A stretch of 64,000 nt of DNA from Lytechinus pictus (Eukaryota), in NCBI RefSeq assembly GCF_037042905.1, contig NC_087245.1, positions 8,744,001-8,808,000 on the forward strand, written 5' to 3'. Below, in pieces: positions 14,506-26,200 of this stretch (its first letter is position 1; every line of letters starts with the position of its first letter). The position numbers were made by a program, and so were the translations under genes. The notes below the pieces were generated by a model that did no database searches, was not told the DNA's origin, and saw nothing but the letters and a program-made list of their open reading frames with translations.

Positions 14506-15198
14506 TCACTTGCCACCATCTTCGGTCTCATCTGTTTCTTCTTCACTGCTGTCTTCATCTTCATCCTGGTATTGGAATAATCCCTCAAATTTTGTCTTAT
14601 GTCTGGCTAATACACGGCGAATGGCTTTTGACTTCTTCATGCCATTTTCTACTTTCTTCATGATGTCAGAAAGGATTTCGTAATTGGTGTCATCATCTTC
14701 AAGGTACAAGCTCTGTCGCAAGAAGTTAGAGTAGTGGTCAAAGAAGATTCGTTTAACAGCCCATAGAACTTTCACATGGGCTTTTTCTTTAGCATCATCA
14801 TCACTCATACCATTGGAGATATACTTTTTGTATTTTTCATTCCTCGACTCCTCAGTTGCTATCATGGCCATTTCTAACCATTCATGGTAAGCCTGGTTAT
14901 CTTCAAGTTCTCCTGTCTCGTCCATCTCTGAATTCATTGATTCTTCCTCTCCTCCACTTTCCGAGTCCTCGGATGATGCATTGCCGTCATGGATAGCCTC
15001 CGCAACTCGGTGCTTTTTAGATGGAGGTTCATACTGAGAATCATCTTCGCTATCCTCTTTTTCGTATTCAGTGTCTTCGTGGTCTTCCATTTTGGGGTGT
15101 ACAATCTGTTCGTGCCTCTTGAGATCAAATTTTCGACCATATGATTTATTACACAGTGAACAACTGTAGCGCTTGGACATGAAACTATTCATGTTCAT
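14506..15198 (-). CDS. C2H2 zinc-finger / acidic protein, 230 aa (arm 1), probable Polinton accessory gene
   Basis: CSLCNKSYGRKFDLKRHEQIVH; acidic tract; NLS-like PPSKKHR; intronless open frame. Confidence 0.7.
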   Translation of the reverse strand: MNMNSFMSKRYSCSLCNKSYGRKFDLKRHEQIVHPKMEDHEDTEYEKEDSEDDSQYEPPSKKHRVAEAIHDGNASSEDSESGGEEESMNSEMDETGELEDNQAYHEWLEMAMIATEESRNEKYKKYISNGMSDDDAKEKAHVKVLWAVKRIFFDHYSNFLRQSLYLEDDDTNYEILSDIMKKVENGMKKSKAIRRVLARHKTKFEGLFQYQDEDEDSSEEETDETEDGGK

Positions 15199-15231
15199 TC
15201 GTTGAAGTTCCGTTTGCAAAATGACACAGAG

Positions 15232-16146
15232 CAACTGAATCTTCATACTTGTACAGATCGCATTGCCGCAAATAAACATGGCGTTTACGCCGTATCAATG
15301 CATCCTGAGCGCCGTCAATGGCGTTACGGCGTAAACGCTGCTTTTATTTGCGGCAATGCGATCTGTACAAGTATGAAGCTTCAGTTGCTCTTTCACGCCG
15401 TAGCAATGCATCCCGAGTGCCGTCAACGGCGTTACGGCGTAAACGCCATGTTTATTTGCGGCAATGCGATCTGTACGAGTCTGAAGATTTAGTTGCTCTT
15501 TGACGCCGTAGCAATGCATCCCGAGTGCCGTCAACGGCGTTACGGCGTAAACGCCATGTTTATTTGCGGCAATGCGATCTGTACAAGTATGAAGATTCAG
15601 TTGCTCTTTCACGCCGTAGCAATGCATCCCGAGTGCCGTCAACGGCGTTACGGCGTAAACGCCATGTTTATTTGCGGCAATGCGATCTGTACGAGTCTGA
15701 AGATTTAGTTGCTCTTTGACGCCGTAGCAATGCATCCCGAGTGCCGTCAACGGCGTTACGGCGTAAACGCCATGTTTATTTGCGGCAATGCGATCTGTAC
15801 GAGTCTGAAGATTTAGTTGCTCTTTGACGCCGTAGCAATGCATCCCGAGTGCCGTCAACGGCGTTACGGCGTAAACGCCATGTTTATTTGCGGCAATGCG
15901 ATCTGTACAAGTATGAAGATTCAGTTGCTCTTTCACGCCGTAGCAATGCATCCCGAGTGCCGTCAACGGCGTTACGGCGTAAACGCCATGTTTATTTGCG
16001 GCAATGCGATCTGTACGAGTCTGAAGATTTAGTTGCTCTTTGACGCCGTAGCAATGCATCCCGAGTGCCGTCAACGGCGTTACGGCGTAAACGCCATGTT
16101 TATTTGCGGCAATGCGATCTGTACAAGTATGAAGATTCAGTTGCTC
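15232..16146. repeat. 108-bp tandem array at the centre of palindrome 1 (about 0.5 inverted unit + about 7.8 forward units)
   Basis: gttgctc recurs at 15384, 15492, 15600, 15708, 15816, 15924, 16032 and 16140. Confidence 0.95.
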
Positions 16147-16176
16147 TGTGTCATTTTGCAAACGGAACTTCAACGA

Positions 16177-16869
16177 ATGAACATGAATAGTTTCATGTCC
16201 AAGCGCTACAGTTGTTCACTGTGTAATAAATCATATGGTCGAAAATTTGATCTCAAGAGGCACGAACAGATTGTACACCCCAAAATGGAAGACCACGAAG
16301 ACACTGAATACGAAAAAGAGGATAGCGAAGATGATTCTCAGTATGAACCTCCATCTAAAAAGCACCGAGTTGCGGAGGCTATCCATGACGGCAATGCATC
16401 ATCCGAGGACTCGGAAAGTGGAGGAGAGGAAGAATCAATGAATTCAGAGATGGACGAGACAGGAGAACTTGAAGATAACCAGGCTTACCATGAATGGTTA
16501 GAAATGGCCATGATAGCAACTGAGGAGTCGAGGAATGAAAAATACAAAAAGTATATCTCCAATGGTATGAGTGATGATGATGCTAAAGAAAAAGCCCATG
16601 TGAAAGTTCTATGGGCTGTTAAACGAATCTTCTTTGACCACTACTCTAACTTCTTGCGACAGAGCTTGTACCTTGAAGATGATGACACCAATTACGAAAT
16701 CCTTTCTGACATCATGAAGAAAGTAGAAAATGGCATGAAGAAGTCGAAAGCCATTCGCCGTGTATTAGCCAGACATAAGACAAAATTTGAGGGATTATTC
16801 CAATACCAGGATGAAGATGAAGACAGCAGTGAAGAAGAAACAGATGAGACCGAAGATGGTGGCAAGTGA
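16177..16869 (+). CDS. C2H2 zinc-finger / acidic protein (arm 2)
   Basis: Same protein as arm 1 in the opposite orientation; AATAAA about 105 nt downstream of the stop. Confidence 0.7.
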   Translation: MNMNSFMSKRYSCSLCNKSYGRKFDLKRHEQIVHPKMEDHEDTEYEKEDSEDDSQYEPPSKKHRVAEAIHDGNASSEDSESGGEEESMNSEMDETGELEDNQAYHEWLEMAMIATEESRNEKYKKYISNGMSDDDAKEKAHVKVLWAVKRIFFDHYSNFLRQSLYLEDDDTNYEILSDIMKKVENGMKKSKAIRRVLARHKTKFEGLFQYQDEDEDSSEEETDETEDGGK

Positions 16870-19624
16870 GGCAACGATGCGTAAGATTCAGATTGACCAT
16901 AAACGAACTCTGTGAAAGAAAATACTGACAGTAATGATGATTGTAATTTCTGTATGTTTATGCGCATTGAAAAAAATAAACTACTGTTCACTTTAATTAT
17001 GTTGTACATTTGTTTGATATTGCAGTACCTACGTCTACCAAGGGTGGAAACTTCAAATTTTCACAAGTAGAACTATCTAGCTACATACAATCCACACTTT
17101 GCCATTCTCGACCCAGGTGTTAAATGGGTACGCGATAGGATGTGAACGTCAATGCGATTAGCTTGGCATGTGTGCACCGATAAATGGTTGCCTGGCCAGG
17201 ATGCTCACAGAGAGTGGAGATGGTGCACTTTATGTGTGGAACAGTGGTGGATCCTATGACCAGGGTGATAATAATGACATATGTAAAATGCTTAGAAACC
17301 AACGTATATGAAGCGCTACATAAATAACTATTATTGTTATCATTATTGTTATGTTATTATACAAAATCTGAAATACATCAACATCTCAGCTACCAATCTT
17401 TAAATAGACCCACCAGTTCCACCTTACCCCATCTACCACACCCTCCCCAATAAATAGGAATGGTTTGTAGATAACACATAACGCAACAACCAAGTGGAAA
17501 TGACAAAACAGCGGGGGGGGGGGGGCGGGGGGAGAGGGCGTCTACTTTATAATAATGAACCAAACAAACTAAATTCGAATCTGAAGTATGAAACAATATG
17601 TAGATTATTTTATCGAATAAAATCAAAAATAATATACCAGCAATTGAATTGAATCACTAATATAGAACAAGAATAAAAATGAAAAACAGGGGGGAAAAAA
17701 TGGTCTAAAAGTGAAGAGGAATGCATGCGCATCATGCCCTTTATCACTGACATATATTCCACTCTAAAATCGTCAAACCGAATGACCAATCAGGTTCTAT
17801 CTAATAAGGTGGGTGTGTCCAAAGAAATATCAGAATGTAATTCATTGATCATATTGTATATACTCAGACCTTCACAGACAAATACATGTCTGATTATCCT
17901 GCTCAAGGAAACCAAGTGGCTAATCCCCAGATCCCCAGGTATATGGCTCAGTGACCCCCCCCCTTGCTCCATGAATGATTTTAGAACAAAAGAATGTGCT
18001 TCCGGATAAAGGAAGACACTGGGAGGATGCCTCATTAACGAATATCCACATTCCTATTGTTTACAGGATGTCATCGGAATGATGTCTTATTAACGAAGAT
18101 CCGCTTCCTTATTGTCACTGGAAGTGACCGGAAGGATTACTAATTAACCAATTTCCGCTTCCTTATTGTCACCGGAAGTCACACTAATTAACCAATTTCC
18201 GCTTCCCTATTGTTTACCGGAAGAAGTAATTAACACCTTCAGTAGGGTATATTCTAGGTGTTAATTACTTCTTCCGGTAAACAATAGGGAAGCGGAAATT
18301 GGTTAATTAGTGTGACTTCCGGTGACAATAAGGAAGCGGAAATTGGTTAATTAGTAATCCTTCCGGTCACTTCCAGTGACAATAAGGAAGCGGATCTTCG
18401 TTAATAAGACATCATTCCGATGACATCCTGTAAACAATAGGAATGTGGATATTCGTTAATGAGGCATCCTCCCAGTGTCTTCCTTTATCCGGAAGCACAT
18501 TCTTTTGTTCTAAAATCATTCATGGAGCAAGGGGGGGGGGGTCACTGAGCCATATACCTGGGGATCTGGGGATTAGCCACTTGGTTTCCTTGAGCAGGAT
18601 AATCAGACATGTATTTGTCTGTGAAGGTCTGAGTATATACAATATGATCAATGAATTACATTCTGATATTTCTTTGGACACACCCACCTTATTAGATAGA
18701 ACCTGATTGGTCATTCGGTTTGACGATTTTAGAGTGGAATATATGTCAGTGATAAAGGGCATGATGCGCATGCATTCCTCTTCACTTTTAGACCATTTTT
18801 TTCCCCTGTTTTTCATTTTTATTCTTGTTCTATATTAGTGATTCAATTCAATTGCTGGTATATTATTCTTGATTTTATTCGATAAAATAATCTACATATT
18901 GTTTCATACTTCAGATTCGAATTTAGTTTGTTTGGTTCATTATTATAAAGTAGACGCCCTCTCCCCCCGCCCCCCCCCCCCGCTGTTTTGTCATTTCCAC
19001 TTGGTTGTTGCGTTATGTGTTATCTACAAACCATTCCTATTTATTGGGGAGGGTGTGGTAGATGGGGTAAGGTGGAACTGGTGGGTCTATTTAAAGATTG
19101 GTAGCTGAGATGTTGATGTATTTCAGATTTTGTATAATAACATAACAATAATGATAACAATAATAGTTATTTATGTAGCGCTTCATATACGTTGGTTTCT
19201 AAGCATTTTACATATGTCATTATTATCACCCTGGTCATAGGATCCACCACTGTTCCACACATAAAGTGCACCATCTCCACTCTCTGTGAGCATCCTGGCC
19301 AGGCAACCATTTATCGGTGCACACATGCCAAGCTAATCGCATTGACGTTCACATCCTATCGCGTACCCATTTAACACCTGGGTCGAGAATGGCAAAGTGT
19401 GGATTGTATGTAGCTAGATAGTTCTACTTGTGAAAATTTGAAGTTTCCACCCTTGGTAGACGTAGGTACTGCAATATCAAACAAATGTACAACATAATTA
19501 AAGTGAACAGTAGTTTATTTTTTTCAATGCGCATAAACATACAGAAATTACAATCATCATTACTGTCAGTATTTTCTTTCACAGAGTTCGTTTATAGTCA
19601 ATCTGAATCTTACGCATCGTTGCC

Positions 19625-20317
19625 TCACTTGCCACCATCTTCGGTCTCATCTGTTTCTTCTTCACTGCTGTCTTCATCTTCATCCTGGTATTGGAATAAT
19701 CCCTCAAATTTTGTCTTATGTCTGGCTAATACACGGCGAATGGCTTTTGACTTCTTCATGCCATTTTCTACTTTCTTCATGATGTCAGAAAGGATTTCGT
19801 AATTGGTGTCATCATCTTCAAGGTACAAGCTCTGTCGCAAGAAGTTAGAGTAGTGGTCAAAGAAGATTCGTTTAACAGCCCATAGAACTTTCACATGGGC
19901 TTTTTCTTTAGCATCATCATCACTCATACCATTGGAGATATACTTTTTGTATTTTTCATTCCTCGACTCCTCAGTTGCTATCATGGCCATTTCTAACCAT
20001 TCATGGTAAGCCTGGTTATCTTCAAGTTCTCCTGTCTCGTCCATCTCTGAATTCATTGATTCTTCCTCTCCTCCACTTTCCGAGCCCTCGGATGGTGCAT
20101 TGCCGTCATGGATAGCCTCCGCAACTCGGTGCTTTTTAGATGTAGGTTCATACTGAGAATCATCTTCGCTATCCTCTTTTTCGTATTCAGTGTCTTCGTG
20201 GTCTTCCATTTTGGGGTGTACAATCTGTTCGTGCCTCTTGAGATCAAATTTTCGACCATATGATTTATTACACAGTGAACAACTGTAGCGCTTGGACATG
20301 AAACTATTCATGTTCAT
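19625..20317 (-). CDS. C2H2 zinc-finger / acidic protein (arm 3)
   Basis: Near-identical to arms 1 and 2 (PTSKK, NAPSEG variants); the frame extends upstream into array units to 20581. Confidence 0.7.
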   Translation of the reverse strand: MNMNSFMSKRYSCSLCNKSYGRKFDLKRHEQIVHPKMEDHEDTEYEKEDSEDDSQYEPTSKKHRVAEAIHDGNAPSEGSESGGEEESMNSEMDETGELEDNQAYHEWLEMAMIATEESRNEKYKKYISNGMSDDDAKEKAHVKVLWAVKRIFFDHYSNFLRQSLYLEDDDTNYEILSDIMKKVENGMKKSKAIRRVLARHKTKFEGLFQYQDEDEDSSEEETDETEDGGK

Positions 20318-20349
20318 TCGTTGAAGTTCCGTTTGCAAAATGACACAGA

Positions 20350-20932
20350 GCAACTGAATCTTCATACTTGTACAGATCGCATTGCCGCAAATAAAAGCGG
20401 CGTTTACGCCGTAACGCCGTTGACGGCACTCGGGATGCATTGCTACGGCGTGAAACAGCAACTGACGCTTCATACTTGTACAGATCGCATTGCCGCAAAT
20501 AAAAGCGGCGTTTACGCCGTAACGCCGTTGACGGCGCTCGAGATGCATTGCTACGGCGTCAAAGAGCAACTGAAGCTTCATACTTGTACAGATCGCATTG
20601 CCGCAAATAAAAACGGCGTTTACGCCGTATCAATGCATCCCAAGCGCCGTCAACGGCGTTATACGGCGTAAACGCCGCTTTTATTTTTATTTGCGGCAAT
20701 GCGATCTGTACAAGTATGAAGCTTCAGTTGCTCTTTCACGCCGTAGCAATGCATCCCGAGTGCCGTCAACGGCGTTACGGCGTAAACGCCATGTTTATTT
20801 GCGGCAATGCGATCTGTACGAGTCTGAAGATTCAGTTGCTCTTTGACGCCGTAGCAATGCATCTCGAGCGCCGTAAACGCCGCTTTTATTTGCGGCAATG
20901 CGATCTGTACAAGTATGAAGATTCAGTTGCTC
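20350..20932. repeat. 108-bp array at the centre of palindrome 2 (about 2.5 inverted units, switch at ~20625, then about 2.7 forward units)
   Basis: Same unit as 15232-16146; orientation flips at tttacgccgtatcaatgcatcc. Confidence 0.9.
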
Positions 20933-21039
20933 TGTGTCATTTTGCAAACGGAACTTCAACGAATGAACATGAATAGTTTCATGTCCAAGCGCTACAGTTG
21001 TTCACTGTGTAATAAATACGGAAGCTTAAACGTGCAGCG

Positions 21040-21625
21040 CGAAGGCGAGTTGTTCAACTCGCCAAGGCGCCTTGTTTCGGCAAAAAAGGCGAGAAGGCGA
21101 CTTGTACAAACTCGCCAAGCCGCCTTGTTTAAGACGAGAAGACGAGAAGGCGACTTGTACAAACTCGCCTAAGCGCCTTGTCTAAGACGAGAAGGCGTCT
21201 AGGCGACTTGTACAAACTCGCCAAGGCGCCTTGTTTAAGACGAGAAGGCGAGAAGGCGACTTGTACAAACTCGCCAAAACGCTTTGTCTGATAAGAGAAG
21301 GCGAGAAGGTGACTTGTACAAACTCGCCTAGGCGCTTTGTCTTTGATGAAAAGGCGTCTAGGCGACTTGTGCAAACTCGCCAAGGCGCCTTGTTTAAGTC
21401 GAGAAGGCGAGAAACCGACTTGTGAAAGTCGCCAAGGCGCCTTGTTTAAGACGAGATGGCGAGAAGGCGACCGTGTACAAACTCGCCAAAGCGCCTTGTT
21501 TAAGACGAGAAGGCGACTTGTACAAACTCGCCAAGGCGCCTTGTTTAAGGCGAGAAGGCGAGAAAGCGACTTGTACAAACTTACCAAGGCGCTTTGTTTA
21601 AGAAGAGAAGGCGAGAAGGCGACTT
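21040..21625 (+). repeat. Left subterminal ~53-bp tandem array of the IS3EU-like element
   Basis: ttgtacaaactcgccaaggcgccttgtttaagacgagaaggcgagaaggcgac repeated about 11 times. Confidence 0.9.
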
Positions 21626-22154
21626 GCGCATATGGCCATGGCCGGCCGAGATCTAGACTTGCGCACGCGCGCTCGATCTCATCTGTAGGTACTGTACGTA
21701 CATGGTCTAGAGATATAGGTAGTCTACATGTATATAGATCTAGATCTATAGGCCTACTACAAGTTAACGATCATGGCAGACCAAACAGACGAGAACAAGA
21801 ACAACGGAGACAGTACTAGCAGTGATGAGAACGGCGAGGAGAAGAAGCAGCATAATGTGAAGATTCTCTTTAGGATGGGACCGGACAGAGCTCGAGAGGT
21901 GGAGGCAGTGCGGGGGGCAAATAGTAATATTTTAATGTATTTTGTACATGGTTAGTGTTTTACTAATCAACTTTTAATCTGTGTAATTAAAAAAATATGT
22001 TACTAATGAACATGCTTATCATTGCTAATTAATCTTTATATTTATCTAAAACAAATGCATTACTTGCAAATGAAAATTAATTAATAAGTACATTGTAAAT
22101 CAAAATAAATTACATAAAACATTGATCTGCACACAAGCAGATAATATGCAAATT

Positions 22155-22780
22155 AACTGGTTTCAATTGGATCCAGTTGGGTAACTGGAAATATTTCCAA
22201 TTGGAACCAATTGTGTAACTGGAAATGAATTCTAACTGGAACCAGTTGGGTAACTGGAAATAACTTCTAACTGGAAATGAATGCTAACTGGAACCAATTG
22301 GGTAACTGGAAATGAATTCTAACTGGAACCAGTTGGGTGACTGGAAATGACTTCTAACTGGAACCAGTTGGGTAACTGGAAATGACTTCTAACTGGAAAT
22401 GAATTCTAACTGGAACCAGTTGGGTAACTGGAAATGACTTCTAACTGGAACCAATTGGGTAATTGGAAATGAATTCTAACTGGAACCAGTTGGGTAACTG
22501 GAAATGACTTCTAACTGGAAATGAATGCTAACTGGATCCAGTTGGGTAACTGGAAATGACTTCTAACTGGAACCAATTGAGTAACTGGAAAAATTACCTA
22601 GCTTACTGCATGGTTCCAGTTGCACTTTTTATTGGTTTGAACTGGAAATGAGTACCCATAACAATATTTTCCAGTTCGGCAATTGGTTTCAACTGGAAAT
22701 TTTATATTCCAATTGAAACCAATTGAAACCAGTTGAAACCAATTGAAACCAGTTGGAGATTTCAACTGGTTTCAATTGGA
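22155..22780. repeat. AACTGG/CCAGTT-based minisatellite
   Basis: ccagttgggtaactggaaatga(c/a)ttctaactggaa repeated. Confidence 0.85.
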
Positions 22781-23210
22781 TTTTGGTCCTGGGTATCTCG
22801 GAGGAGCATGATGAAAAACATCCACAGCCAAAATTTGGTAGGAATCGGGTCAACGGAGCCCGAGATATGACCACATTATTCATGAATACTTGTGATTATG
22901 AAGGCTTTTTGTTTATTTGTTTGATTGTGACAAGCTCCTTACGAGAAGCCTTTTCTCCTCGGCAAGAGGAAATCTGCTTCAATTACACGAGGCTACGGTT
23001 TTGGATTTTCAGTCACAATCAAATATTCACAAGAGTGACTGCATGTTTTATTTTTTATTTTTTTTAATTAGGTGAATCTACATGCCGTTATTGATGGTCC
23101 CTATTACTCGCGTATTACCTAAAAAAAGAACATTGAACTTAATTCCCTTGATGTGTTTTTTTTCTCCATCTCTCACACTTCCAGATGAAATATCATTAAT
23201 ATTATTTGAG

Positions 23211-26200
23211 TCACAAGAGATTTACAAGATATTCGTAGAGTTCAGTTGCTTCTTCAACAGATTCAGGAAGCTGGAAATTGTGAACATCACCGACATACTG
23301 ATTTACTACCTCAACAAACTCTTGGCTACATCCGTATGGTGGAAAATCAAGCGATATATTATTTGCAGTTTCCTGTACTTCGTCGAGTGAATAAGCAAGT
23401 GGCATCTTGTTATCTTCGGCTCCGTATATTTCAGGAACATAATACATTAAATCCGGTATCCCATATGGTGATTCTTCATTGGCCTGACTCCTGATTCGGT
23501 GTTGGTTCCACTCTTGAACAACAAGATCCAAGTCACGCTGAATTAGGTTTGTGAAACAAAATCGTAATGCTTCAACGTGAATTGGATTGGTATTGTCCAA
23601 TCCACCATTATCGCGGAATTGCTTGAAAAGTTCAATCCAGAATCGAGATGAAAGCCTCCCAACATGTCCCCACCAAGATTCAATTCTTTGATTACTTGTT
23701 GAACGCCCATACATGAAACTTTTGTATCGATGGAACTCATCGTCATGATACCAACGAAGGGCAATTTGTACATCACGAATTTGACAATTTTCTGTTCCTC
23801 TGTCACTCCGTACGATTCGAGGTACTCCATTAATTAATGAAATATAGTCTTTAAAAAATCGTGTGATATATCGCGGATTATTATTTGAACGCCCAACTTT
23901 AAGCCATAATACCTTCCGCGAAAATCCGTCGATAGCAGAGTGAACTGCAAAACCATATGGTTTGAGTTTATCATAACCATCAATATGTATGACGTGATTT
24001 GGACCTCTATTAACGTATCTTCGTCGATGTAGACGCCGATTCGATCTCCTCTCGACCCCATCAGGATCCATAGCTGACAGAAGCTCTCGCACCACTCTTT
24101 GTGTAGCAGATATTTCATGTCTGATTCTCAGTCTCCTCCACATCGCCCTGTAACCAAGGTTTTGTCCCGATCCACGCAATTCAAATGTAATGGCATTTAT
24201 GATGTCATTTACGTTGCTCCGTCGATCAACTCTTCGCACTCTGAGACGTCGAATAATTTGTCGAATTCTTCTGATACCGATGGAAATTTCGTGACGCATA
24301 TGCAGCAACAGGAGGATTTGTATTGCGGTAAATCCCGCAGTGTAATAGTGCTGAATCAGGTCATCTGATAAATCTTCCACCAACTCGCCAAGTGCTGCAG
24401 CCGTGTAGAATGGAGGTGGTTGTTCTGCTACCCCGAGAAAGGAAGCGAATATGAACACCTGAAAGACAAAAATCAAACAAACATATAAGAAACATTTTTT
24501 TTTCTTGATTGGAAGGGCCAATCCACGCTAGTCGAAAAAAAATATGTACAACGTCCAATATATGGTCGTCCGCAAAACGTGGGTTTGAAATGCGCGTGGT
24601 TAAAAAACAGTGAAATGAGACATTAATTGTTAATTGACCTTTGACCTTCACGTAGACAAGCATGCTCTTGTGTTGTAGAGACCCCCGTAGGGTAGAGACC
24701 CGGGAACGATATGCATTATAAACATAAATTGGATTGGTTGCAGCATTACCAATAGCAGTCATAGGCCTATCTACCAAATTTAAACAAAATATATCAAAAA
24801 AATAAGAAATGGGAGCATTTTATGTGATTTTGATCAAAGTTGCATACATCAGTATGATTAAGGAGGGCAGCATTCCCAAAACATTAGGACTTTTTTCTTC
24901 TATATGATAGATCTGTATAATTTTTATACCAAATTTAAACACAATCTGTCAAGAAACTAAAATGACCATTTTATGTGAATTTAAATATGCACATATTAGC
25001 ATAATTAACGAGGACAGCGTGATAAAAAAAAAACACATAAGGGGTGTATAAGCATGGTCCTAATATGCATGCATGCAACAAATAAACCCGATCAGTTGGT
25101 GAATCTAAAAAATATAAACCGATAAAAAACATTTTGGTGTAGATCTAGACCTGCACCAAAATGTTTTAAAAAGTGTGTAGGTCTATAAATTATGTTAAAA
25201 AGTGTAATGTTGACGGACTTACAGATGGGTACGCTATGATTTGGTTCCGACGGGGTGTGTCGTTAAAGCCGTCAAACCCGTACCCTTCATTAAGTGTAAT
25301 TTTTGCCTCATTTTGGCGGAAAAGAGTACCCATTGTTCTATTTAAGAAAATGACCTTTTTGTGTACTTTGTGTACATATTCATGTTAATGGAGAACTTTC
25401 TTGCAAAAAAAGTCACACATTCGAGCTGCTCTCCCATGGCAAAATTTCCAAACGCATGGCTCGACCCATTCAATAAGATGTGTTGGTGTGACATTATGCA
25501 TCGCTGCGACATTACCGGTTGTAACAGTCAGGCCTATGCTAAGTTTTTTTGTGTGCAGGTACTTCATGTGTGTATGTAGGATGGGGGTTCGGTGTCCGGA
25601 CACCTATCAAAAATAAAGTTGTAACAGCGGCGGATCCAGGATTTGAAAATAGGGGGGGGGGGCGCAGCCGAAAATTTTGAAAAATAGGGGGGCGCAGCCG
25701 AAAATTTTCGAGAATTAACATGTACGTTCAATGGGGGGTATCCAAAAAATAGTTGCGCCCCCCCCCCCTGGATCCGCCACTGTTGTAACATTTACACATT
25801 GATTTCACGAAAAATATTTATGAATTTGTGGTAAATATTTTGAATATTTGTCCTTTGTAATACTTATACTGTCAACAATAATTTTTGAGAAATCCGTAGA
25901 ATGGTGCATGTAATTTTTTGAAAAATGAAAACAGTCTGTCCGGATACCCAACCTGTCCAGACACCCAATAACTGCACTGGTTGAGGAAAGTCGTTAATAT
26001 CCCGCCTCCCTTGTCTAAAAAATTATGTACACCTCGATCAGTGGCACACCTAGTCTTCATGCAGTCTATCTACTTCGTCCTTATTAAAAAGAAGATGACC
26101 ATTTTCAAAGTTTCATGACATTTATCGGGTTATAGAAGTGCCATTTAATCTGAGTAGCACAATATTATAGAATTCACCAAATCAAAATAATGACGAGAAA

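Noticed and set aside
15232..16146. 108-bp array as a CRISPR array
   Set aside because: Units are near-identical throughout with no unique spacers; there are no cas genes and the context is eukaryotic
15295..16173. 292-aa repeat protein on the minus strand
   Set aside because: An open frame arising from a 108-bp repeat, with a TTG start and no recognisable domain; no independent support
21129..21819. 152-160 aa Arg/Leu-rich ORFs
   Set aside because: These are translations of the 53-bp subterminal array
23211..24521. Integrase-like ORF as the Polinton integrase or an LTR-element integrase
   Set aside because: It lies within its own TIR/TSD-bounded element inserted into the ZF gene; there is no gag, RT or LTR
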